Under the pieces are notes generated by a model. The model made no database searches and had not been told where the DNA came from. It saw only the letters and a program-made list of their open reading frames with translations. 64,000 nucleotides of DNA, taken from contig CAZNFL010000009.1 in NCBI GenBank assembly GCA_964572455.1, positions 443-64,442 of the forward strand, written 5' to 3'. Below are positions 54,165 through 62,372 of the stretch, piece by piece (the stretch's first letter is position 1; every line of letters begins with the position of its first letter). The DNA comes from an uncultured Anaerolineaceae bacterium (lineage in GTDB: Bacteria; Chloroflexota; Anaerolineae; Anaerolineales; UBA11579). Made by a program: the position numbers and the translations under genes.

Positions 54165-56600
54165 ATGATTAATAATCCAAGGGATTTGTTTTTAGCTCTG
54201 CTAAACTCCACAAAGCCAAGCGGAGTAAAAGTTATTTTGCGGGAAATTGGCGATCATTCTGAAGCTGAGGTTGGAGAAACATTTGGACCTCTGAAGTTAT
54301 GCTGGAAGTTTTATGGCGACAACGAATCTAATATCTCGACTATAAATATCGCGACACAGCCGGAACGCAGTCTGATTGAGCGGATTACAAACGCAATCGA
54401 TGCTGTAATTGAAGGCGAATTTCATAAACGTGGAGGCAAACCTCCTCAATCACCAATGGAAGCTGTTTCATTGTGGTTTGGGAGGCCGACAAGTACCGCT
54501 GAAGGCGGACTGTCGAACTGGGAGGACTACGCTATAAAAGGGCATGATAAACATGTGAACGTCGTCCTCCTTGGAGGAGATGACGACATAAAGCCAACAA
54601 TAGACGTATTGGATGACGGAATAGGCATCAAAGAGGGGTTTTTCCATTTAACAATTCTGAGCCTTCAAGAAGGAAATAAAAGAAAAAAGAAGTATCTCGC
54701 AGGAGCTTTTGGCCAAGGTGGGTCGTCAACTCTAGGATTTAGCGAATTTACGTTCATTGCCTCTAGGCATCTAGATCAACCACAAAGGATCTCATTTACT
54801 TTGGTTAAAAAGCTCATTCTTTCGGAAGATTATAAGGATGATGCTTATGTCTATCTTGCTATCGCAGATGGGGCCGCATCAGAAGTGCCGCACTTTGATA
54901 TAACCGAAGACATAGAACTTTACAATGATTTGTCCAATAGCAATTTACACCTTAAAAATGGGACGCTTGTAAGATCCTACGGATACAGTTTGGAAAGGTA
55001 CAACAAACCACTATCACCTAGCGCAAACAATTTGTATCATCTCCTGCACACAATGATGTTCGATCCCTTGTTGCCTTTCCGAGTTATCGATTTAAGAAAT
55101 CCCCAGGCTTTGAAAAACGAGCTTGTTACAGGGTCGCGCAACCGACTAATGAAGCTCGCTCTCAAGAAGGAAGAGGGCGAAGATGAGGAGGGTCGAACAG
55201 TATTAAAACACCATGGTGTAATGGAAATGGTAAACCCAATAAGCAATAACGAGCCTAGTATTGGGGTTGAATATTGGGTCGTATTTAATTACAAAAAACA
55301 AAAAGGCGAATTAGTATTACGACCATCATCAAATGAGCTTTTTGTAAACAAAGATCGACCAATACTTGGAACTGTCAACGGTCAAAATCAAGGCGAGGAA
55401 ACTGCTCATTTTATTCGTAAGCTTAATTTATCTTTGCTTTCCCGGCATATGGTTATTCACATCAACGTAACCAACGCTAATAAAGACCTTAGAAATCAAC
55501 TCCTATCTACAACAAGAGAGGGTTTTCGTAAAGACAAGGCTTACTATGAGCTTTTAAGAATTGTCGAAGAAAGAATTAAGGATGACGATGCATTGTATGC
55601 ATTAGAAAATGAATTAGTCGAAAGTATCTTTTCCCAAACAGACGAAACGGATGAAACTGTAAAGAGAGAGATAGTTAAACTTTTGCGAAACAGCGGTTAT
55701 GAAGTTAGTGCCCAAGGTTACGTATTAGCCCCAGGAGATGGTGATACCGAAGATCCAACGGGAATCATTAGAAGGCCAAGGCGCCCGCCAAAACCGTTAG
55801 ACCCTCTCCTTACCCTGGCTTACCCAGACGTAACGAAGTTCAAAATAGTTCAACCAGAAGGAAAACTCTCAATACGAGTTGGGAAATATCGACAAGTAAA
55901 AGTTGAGACTGATGCAAATTCCCGATTCGACAGAGAGCACAGAATTGCCATCAGATTTTCTCCCGAGTTGCTGGAACAAGCATCTAAGTCCCTTCTTAAA
56001 GGTGGTCGGATTAATTGGCGTATCCGGGTAAAAGAGGGTCAGGATCCTGGGGGGACTGGGAGAGTAATCGCAAGTCTGACTTTGCCTGATGGGGGTCAGC
56101 TCACCGACCAAATCGATTACGAAATCTTGCCCGCACCACCAGCAGGGGATGAAGAGATTTTGGGTAAAGTTCCTCCATTTGAAATAGTAAGAATCGATCC
56201 GGTTACACAGAGCGAGAAATTTCAACAAATCTGGCAAGAAGTCCCAGAAACAGAAATTCCAAACATAGCGTACAAGCCGCTAGAATCTAATGGGGGAATA
56301 AAAGTGTTTTACTCAATAGGCTTCAAGCACTACGCAAGCCAATTCGAAAAATTAAAACGTCAAGAATCTTTAGCAAAACTATTTCAACAGTCCTACGAAA
56401 TTTGGATTGCTTATCACGCAATCTTACAACACCGAGCCCGAAAAGAGAGCGCCTATTTGAATTCTCAAATTTCCGAGACTCAATTAGATCAAACTTCTGA
56501 AATTGAACGGGCGTTAGTGGCTGAATTGCAAGTTAAGCAAGCCTTACAAATTGCGGCGTTGAAGCATGCGCAAATAAAAGCAAGTCAGACTTCAGATTGA
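54165..56600 (+). CDS. GHKL (Bergerat-fold, MORC/Hsp90-like) ATPase with ~600-aa uncharacterised C-terminal region
   Basis: ERITNAIDA (N box, aa 72-80), VLDDGIGI (G1, aa 148-155), GAFGQGGSS (G2, aa 180-188). Starts 7 nt after the MTase stop. Confidence 0.7.
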   Translation: MINNPRDLFLALLNSTKPSGVKVILREIGDHSEAEVGETFGPLKLCWKFYGDNESNISTINIATQPERSLIERITNAIDAVIEGEFHKRGGKPPQSPMEAVSLWFGRPTSTAEGGLSNWEDYAIKGHDKHVNVVLLGGDDDIKPTIDVLDDGIGIKEGFFHLTILSLQEGNKRKKKYLAGAFGQGGSSTLGFSEFTFIASRHLDQPQRISFTLVKKLILSEDYKDDAYVYLAIADGAASEVPHFDITEDIELYNDLSNSNLHLKNGTLVRSYGYSLERYNKPLSPSANNLYHLLHTMMFDPLLPFRVIDLRNPQALKNELVTGSRNRLMKLALKKEEGEDEEGRTVLKHHGVMEMVNPISNNEPSIGVEYWVVFNYKKQKGELVLRPSSNELFVNKDRPILGTVNGQNQGEETAHFIRKLNLSLLSRHMVIHINVTNANKDLRNQLLSTTREGFRKDKAYYELLRIVEERIKDDDALYALENELVESIFSQTDETDETVKREIVKLLRNSGYEVSAQGYVLAPGDGDTEDPTGIIRRPRRPPKPLDPLLTLAYPDVTKFKIVQPEGKLSIRVGKYRQVKVETDANSRFDREHRIAIRFSPELLEQASKSLLKGGRINWRIRVKEGQDPGGTGRVIASLTLPDGGQLTDQIDYEILPAPPAGDEEILGKVPPFEIVRIDPVTQSEKFQQIWQEVPETEIPNIAYKPLESNGGIKVFYSIGFKHYASQFEKLKRQESLAKLFQQSYEIWIAYHAILQHRARKESAYLNSQISETQLDQTSEIERALVAELQVKQALQIAALKHAQIKASQTSD

Positions 56601-56698
56601 ATTAGTAGACCTTTAATTTCAAAATTATTTTTTGGCCATATTTGACGCTTTTTGTCGGTGTTGCTGATTCGCCCGCTGACGTCAGCGGCGGCCGCCGC

Positions 56699-56780
56699 CC
56701 GTTATCCTTGGAGGAGCTATTAGGTAAGACAGGCGGCATGTGGATCGCGAAGCAGATCAATGAGGGAGCCTTGGTTTTGA
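56699..56780 (+). repeat. herA 3'-end repeat, copy 4 (degenerate)
   Basis: tccttggaggagctattaggtaagacaggcggcatgtggatcgcgaagcagatcaatgagggagccttggttttga reads SLEELLGKTGGMWIAKQINEG. Confidence 0.7.
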
Positions 56781-56828
56781 AGTTGTACGCATCTTTCGCG
56801 GTAGAATAGGTATGATAAGAGGGAAAAA

Positions 56829-57380
56829 ATGATGGAAGTCATTACCGATAAGAAACAAATTTCAGAGGCGCAAGAGTTTTTTCGTAAATCCTTGGTCGAC
56901 CGTGCCGTGTATTCGAAGGAAGTAAACATTGGATATCAAGGCGGGTTAGTCAAAAGGCCAGTTTCTTGGATTCCTGAATTAGGTCTTTGGGCACATTTTG
57001 GCTTTCCCGGAGAAGATAAATCAAATGGAGAAAGATTTTGGTGTGTTTTTGGCTTTGGAGAACCAGGAAAAATGGTTTCCATCAATTGCGAAATAAATTC
57101 GCCGGTTAGCGGCAGAAATCGCCGAACGGGTGGTGTTTATTTACGCGACTCAAACATGAGAGTGCATTTGGGCCACCGAGGTAACATAAACGCTCGCGGC
57201 CGAATATCAAAAGAGATATTCTTTTCAACTATTCGCGGGAAGATTGTACAAGCCTCTGATGGAGATATGATGAATCCCGTTGTTTTGGTTGGCGAGCTCT
57301 ATAAATCAGATTTCCCGCTTAGGGTAAGGGATTTCATTCTGGAAGTAAAAAGACTCAAAAGCATATTGAGGGGAAGTTAG
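56829..57380 (+). CDS. hypothetical protein
   Basis: 183 aa with a GAGGG RBS, 3 nt upstream of the Mrr gene; no motif recognised. Confidence 0.5.
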   Translation: MMEVITDKKQISEAQEFFRKSLVDRAVYSKEVNIGYQGGLVKRPVSWIPELGLWAHFGFPGEDKSNGERFWCVFGFGEPGKMVSINCEINSPVSGRNRRTGGVYLRDSNMRVHLGHRGNINARGRISKEIFFSTIRGKIVQASDGDMMNPVVLVGELYKSDFPLRVRDFILEVKRLKSILRGS

Positions 57381-57383
57381 TTT

Positions 57384-58311
57384 ATGCCAATTCCAGGTTA
57401 TCAATCGATTATGCTTCCGCTTTTATATTTATCCCGAGATGGAAAACCTCATGCGATTCATGATGCAGAAGCCGAATTAGCATTGCAGTTTAATGTCTCA
57501 GAAGAGGAACGTGCCAGACTGCTTCCCAGTGGACAGAATGCCGTTTTTTCAAATAAGGTGTGGTGGGCTCGTACACACCTAAAGAAAGCTGGTTTGGTTG
57601 AATATCCAAAGAAGGCTCATTTTCAAATCACCACCCGTGGAAAACAAGTACTCTCTGAAAATCCAACAAACATAGGACATAAAATTTTTAAAGCAATTTC
57701 CAGAATATGCCGAATTTCGAAAAGTAAGTCAAGTAGACACGGTTGAAGAAGCACAGGATCAAGTAATCGACGGTTTGACACCGGAAGAAACACTTGAAAG
57801 TGCTTACTTGAGTATTAGGACTGATTTATCTGACCGTTTAATAACTTATGTAACAAACAGTACACCTGCTTTCTTTGAAAAACTAGTAGTTGAACTCCTC
57901 GTGAAAATGGGTTATGGTGGTTCGCAGCGCGATGCAGCAAAAGTAGTAGGCCAAAGTGGTGATGAGGGTATTGATGGAATTATTGATGAAGACAGACTAG
58001 GCTTAGACAGCATTTACATTCAAGCAAAAAAGTGGAATAAGAATACGCCAATTGGCCGTTCAGAAATACAGAAATTTGCTGGAGCCTTACAGGGAAAAAG
58101 GGCGAAAAAAGGTATTTTTATAACAACAGCTCGGTTTTCTGAGGACGCTCAGGCTTTTGCTGGATCAATTGATGCAAAAATTGTTCTGATAGATGGGAAG
58201 AGACTCACAGAACTCATGATTGATCATGGCGTTGGAGTTACAACTAGAACTCTGTATGAAATTAAATATTTAGATACTGACTATTTTGGTGAGAGTGCAG
58301 TCCACGAATAA
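57384..58311 (+). pseudogene. mrr: Mrr-family type IV restriction endonuclease, interrupted by a +1 frame break
   Basis: 57384-57746 is the Mrr_N winged helix (IPGYQSIMLPLL...). 57676-58311 is the linker plus Mrr catalytic core (GDEGIDGII...IYIQAKKW...GIFITTARFS). Removing one G at 57675/57676 gives ...NPTNIDIKFLKQFPEYAEFRKV... Confidence 0.8.
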
Positions 58312-58371
58312 ACATCCTCCCCTTTACCAATCCGAAAAAGCCGACGTTGCAGGCTGCTGCGTCACGTGCGC

Positions 58372-58452
58372 CAAGCCGATAGATGTGAGGAACTGCTATA
58401 GACGGGGCGGCAGGCGGAGCGCCAAGATAGCGATTAGGAGCTAGGGTTTTTT
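58372..58452 (+). repeat. herA 3'-end repeat, copy 5 (degenerate)
   Basis: gaggaactgctatagacggggcggcaggcggagcgccaagatagcgattaggagctagggtttt aligns to gggagctgctggggaaggcgggaggcaagcggagcgccaaggatatcaatgaggagctggggtttt. Confidence 0.7.
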
Positions 58453-58455
58453 GGC

Positions 58456-61005
58456 TCACAACCGAGATCTTGGAGCCAATAGCAACATAACCCTGTGCGC
58501 TAGCCTAATAACCGGCTTGCCGAGTTTATCGAGATTCTCGGCCGCTTTTATTAGACCGTCGATGCTAACCGAATACCATTTTTTACTAGGGATCGTCGCA
58601 GTCGCCTCTTCCACAAGTCGTTCGAGGTCGTCTGCTACCTCTTTTGCCTGATCCGGTGCTAATTCTTTACTCATTCTTGCAACAGCTTCGGCAAGTTGTT
58701 CTAAGCTTTGTTTTAATTCAGTTGATATATCTGCATTTCTGGCTTTATTAAAACTGTTTTGTATCGAACCACCTGTAACAAGGTTATCAATCTTTGTACC
58801 ATCTCCAAAATAGAAGTTTTGAGTCACTGTTCCTTCTCCTTCATAGCTCTCCCGGTATTCCTTACTTATAACATCATCGATCAACGACCGCACATTCACC
58901 ATTTTGTAACTTTGCTGACATTGAATCCTATTTTGCTTATCCTCAATGAATTTATGGAGAACTTCGAAACGAAAAAAATATGGGTCCGCTTTTGATTTGC
59001 ATTCTACACAGTTACACGGGATTAACTTGTCATACTTCGGTCTTCTAAAGCTAGCGTGAATATTATCCATCTGGTACATGATTATCGTCATTAGCTCTTT
59101 CTTGTGCGGACCGGATACTCTAACTTGAATTTCACGCTTGCTATAATATTCGACGACTTGGGCTTTTGACTTCTCTTTCTCAAGGACAACCCCGCTTTTC
59201 CAAACATACTTTTGCTCTAGAATAAACCTATGTAAAAGCACAATCAATTGAGTGAGTATGCCTTTGGGCATGAACTCATAAGCGTATCGCAACAATAAAT
59301 TATTATCGGTTTCCCATTCATAAATTGGTTGGTTCTCAGTCAAAAGCTGAGGGGCAATGTAGGTATCAGAACTATCGGGGATCTTATAACATAGACGAAA
59401 CCTCATCATTAATTGCAAAAGTTCCCCATGCATGTTGGAATATTCCTCGGATCCCCATATATTTATTAAGTCTGAGCGAGTGAACTGTCCTAGATTTGTT
59501 ACAACGATAGGATTATCCAGAACTTTGTAAACCGCCCGAGTCGCCCACTCTGGTTTTAGGAAAACTGTTCTCCTCAAGAGATCATCATCCTGAAAATGTA
59601 AAAAAACCCCAATATCATGTAAGTACCCACTCAATTGCAAGCAATCTCTTTCGTCGTGAAAACCGTTTTGCCTGCATAGTGCAAAGTAGTTCTCTAAGGA
59701 GATGTAATTATGAACGTCCCCCTCAAGAAGGCCTCGAACATCCGACCACGATTTCGGAAGCATAGTCCCTACATGTGGCAATGATATTACATAGTGCTTT
59801 ATCTCCTCCTTTATTTTCTCCAACCCTCGATTGTCAGAAAAATTTGCAGGGAGCACTTCTTTTAGATTCGTAAATTCTCCTCTTAGTACCCGTTCATTAA
59901 TTTCCCTTCGCCGATCTTGTTTTTCGTTTTTTATTATCAGTAGAGGACTGTTATCACTTAATAGCTCGATCAGGTTTAGCCAATAATAAAAGTCAGTATC
60001 TTCCTTTCTCGAATCAGCAACTAAGGTATATAGAGATCGCCTAGTTAAGAAAAACTGATGAGTCGTATGATAAATCTCTTGTCCTCCAAAATCCCAAATA
60101 TTTAATCTAAAGTTCTTTTCTTTATAGGGAAATGTCCAATTAAAAATGTCGACTCCCCTAGTTGTAACTTCCTCCTTCAAATTGTAAGTTGAATCAATTA
60201 TTTTATTAGCCAATGTGGTCTTGCCAGCTCCCGCTTCCCCTAATATTAGCAATTTAGCTTCGTACAGTAAATCTCTGCCTAATTCTAATTGCTGATAATA
60301 TTTACCAATTTCATAGAGGCCTTTTCGTGCAATCTCTGGGGGAGGCACAATTAAGGGATTTGAGGACAAAGCTAATTCTTGAAGTCGCTCAAGGCCAACA
60401 ATTTCCACAGGCAAGACCTCTATTTGATTGAATTCTAGATCTAGGTATACAAGTCCCACTAGACCTGATATTGATGTGTTCAACTCCTTTATATTATTCT
60501 CGTTTAAGTTGAGGGTTCGCAAATTACTTAACGCAGATAGGTCGTTTGGAAGTTTAGACAGCCGATTTGAACTCAGATCGAGCCATTGCAACCGTATTAG
60601 CTTGTTTATCCCTTCCGATAGTTCGGCAATTCTGTTATAGCTCAGATCTAGGATTCTTAAATTAACCAGGTCAAAAATAACTAGGGGGATCGTTTCAAAA
60701 CGGTTATCACTTAGATGCAGATTGGTAAGCGATTTTAGTTTTCCAAAGGAACTGGGCAATGTTTGAAGGTTACTTCCATTCAACTTCAGTTCTTTTAATT
60801 TCTTCAATTTCAGAATATCATCAGGAACCTCTGAGATAAAATTTCCTTCCAACTGCAATTCCTCAAGCCAGGGTAAGTCAAACACATCAGCCGGAATCTC
60901 AGTTAGTGGTTTATGGCTTTCTCGCTTCGGTCTAAGGTCGAGCAGCCGAAAGCGACCGTCTTTGGCCTGGCTTATCTGCTTTGCCGCCCATTTAGGGACT
61001 ATCAA
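58456..61005 (-). CDS. Roco-type protein: LRR + Roc GTPase + COR + unassigned C-terminal domain
   Basis: About 9 LRRs (LxxLxLxxNxL). P-loop GEAGAGKTT, switch II WDFGGQE, then a long COR-like region. The last ~150 aa are unassigned. TTG start. Confidence 0.75.
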   Translation of the reverse strand: MIVPKWAAKQISQAKDGRFRLLDLRPKRESHKPLTEIPADVFDLPWLEELQLEGNFISEVPDDILKLKKLKELKLNGSNLQTLPSSFGKLKSLTNLHLSDNRFETIPLVIFDLVNLRILDLSYNRIAELSEGINKLIRLQWLDLSSNRLSKLPNDLSALSNLRTLNLNENNIKELNTSISGLVGLVYLDLEFNQIEVLPVEIVGLERLQELALSSNPLIVPPPEIARKGLYEIGKYYQQLELGRDLLYEAKLLILGEAGAGKTTLANKIIDSTYNLKEEVTTRGVDIFNWTFPYKEKNFRLNIWDFGGQEIYHTTHQFFLTRRSLYTLVADSRKEDTDFYYWLNLIELLSDNSPLLIIKNEKQDRRREINERVLRGEFTNLKEVLPANFSDNRGLEKIKEEIKHYVISLPHVGTMLPKSWSDVRGLLEGDVHNYISLENYFALCRQNGFHDERDCLQLSGYLHDIGVFLHFQDDDLLRRTVFLKPEWATRAVYKVLDNPIVVTNLGQFTRSDLINIWGSEEYSNMHGELLQLMMRFRLCYKIPDSSDTYIAPQLLTENQPIYEWETDNNLLLRYAYEFMPKGILTQLIVLLHRFILEQKYVWKSGVVLEKEKSKAQVVEYYSKREIQVRVSGPHKKELMTIIMYQMDNIHASFRRPKYDKLIPCNCVECKSKADPYFFRFEVLHKFIEDKQNRIQCQQSYKMVNVRSLIDDVISKEYRESYEGEGTVTQNFYFGDGTKIDNLVTGGSIQNSFNKARNADISTELKQSLEQLAEAVARMSKELAPDQAKEVADDLERLVEEATATIPSKKWYSVSIDGLIKAAENLDKLGKPVIRLAHRVMLLLAPRSRL

Positions 61006-61415
61006 GTTGCCCTCCTTAAGAGTACATCATCATAATCATAATCCTAATTCTGCCGCATGGGATCCCATGCAGCTCACTCCCCTAGTTTCCTCCACATGGG
61101 GTGCTCCAGCAAATCATGCAGTTGGGAAGCACTTACCTACACAATCTTCCTCTCCTTTCCCCGCGCCTGCCCGGGGTTGTCTAGGCCTTTTGCGTTCCCT
61201 CGGCTTTAGCCCAGTAGGTCCTCCAATGCGTAACGAATTGGCCCCGCTACCAGTCCGGGAAGCCGTCGCCCATATCTGGAAGTCGCAGTTGGTGAACAGC
61301 AACCCGCTAACAGCAGCTTTAGCTATTTGCATATTTTGTCCAGATGCACTAAGCTTTAGCCTTGGCTAAAATGAAACCGGATTGACAAAGTCAGGTCTAG
61401 AAAGGTGGGTAAAAA

Positions 61416-61901
61416 ATGCAAACCGAATTGTCTGAACTAGCGTTTTCACACCCTTGGCAATTCTTCGCTGGCTTGGCGGTTGTTTGGTTTTTAGGGTCGG
61501 GTGTTGATAAGATACTTGCTGTAGTAAAAAAAGACTTCGATATCAACAGACCCAAGATCGCAAAGCTTAGATCGTGGAAGGATGTTTTCCAAATTCCATC
61601 AGAAAGAGGGTCAAGTTGGATAGGGCGCTCGGAACGAGTTTTATTTTACCTCTCATGGTTTCTTGTCCCCGAGATGATTGCGGGTTGGTTACTATTCAAG
61701 GTAGCTTCGAAATGGGAGGTTTGGAATAACATATACAAAATGCCAGCCAAGTTCGAACGAAACACTGTGAAGGATAGTTTAGTTGCGAGAATTTGGCTGG
61801 GAGCAAGGACCTATCAAAGATTTCTATTAGGAGCTTCACTAAATATTTTGGATTCAATTATTGGACTCATTGTTTTTACCACTCTAGTTAGATATCTCTA
61901 G
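61416..61901 (+). CDS. hypothetical membrane protein
   Basis: 161 aa with 3-4 hydrophobic helices and an AAAGGTGGG RBS. Confidence 0.5.
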   Translation: MQTELSELAFSHPWQFFAGLAVVWFLGSGVDKILAVVKKDFDINRPKIAKLRSWKDVFQIPSERGSSWIGRSERVLFYLSWFLVPEMIAGWLLFKVASKWEVWNNIYKMPAKFERNTVKDSLVARIWLGARTYQRFLLGASLNILDSIIGLIVFTTLVRYL

Positions 61902-62018
61902 AAATAGGCACAAGCACTCTGCGATTCCCTCCCGCCCGCCTAGCTGCGGTCGGCGGCCACACTACCAGTCCGGGAAGCCGTCGTCGCAGGGGGCGCCCTG
62001 CGATGCTGCGCATCGCGA

Positions 62019-62138
62019 GAGAAGCTACTCGGCTAGCGCCGAGTAACGCTTCTCCAGCCTGCTCGCGGTTACGAGGCTTGGGATAGCTACGAAATCGCGG
62101 AAGAAACTATGCGGCTGACGCCGCATGACGCTTCTCCA
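62019..62138 (+). repeat. two diverged family B hairpin repeat units
   Basis: gagaagctactcggctagcgccgagtaacgcttctcca (62019-62056) and ggaagaaactatgcggctgacgccgcatgacgcttctcca (62099-62138). Confidence 0.7.
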
Positions 62139-62222
62139 GCCTGGCCCGCGGTATGACTGGCAGCCCAATCATCATGCCTCCTCAATCTGGAAATCCGCCG
62201 TCCCGCTGCCGTCGGCGGCCGC

Positions 62223-62314
62223 CGTTACGATGCTAAATTCTGGGAGGAGCTATTGGGCCAAGGCGGGAAGGAACCGGGGAGGAGGAGATCAAAGAGGAAT
62301 GGGCGAAATATTAA
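62223..62314 (+). repeat. herA 3'-end repeat, copy 6 (degenerate, frameshifted)
   Basis: Reads RYDAKFWEELLGQGGKEPG, then after a frame slip EEEIKEEWAKY*. Confidence 0.7.
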
Positions 62315-62336
62315 GTTTGAGGACTACTGCAAGTTT

Positions 62337-62372
62337 AAAACTGATGCGGGCTTCTTAAGCCCGCATCAGTTT
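62337..62372 (-). terminator. rho-independent terminator
   Basis: ctgatgcgggc/gcccgcatcag stem with a T-run on the minus strand, immediately after the 62371 gene stop. Confidence 0.7.

Noticed and set aside
61111-61200. Possible seventh, inverted and degenerate herA-end copy upstream of the Roco gene
   Set aside because: The reverse complement shows only patchy resemblance (gggcaggcgcggggaaagg...) that I cannot distinguish from chance in GC-rich sequence. An alignment test is needed before counting it.
61247-61268. SRP (4.5S) RNA-like string ccagtccgggaagcc
   Set aside because: It is present twice within 700 nt, it lacks the surrounding conserved helix-8 context, and its flanks do not fold into the SRP hairpin.
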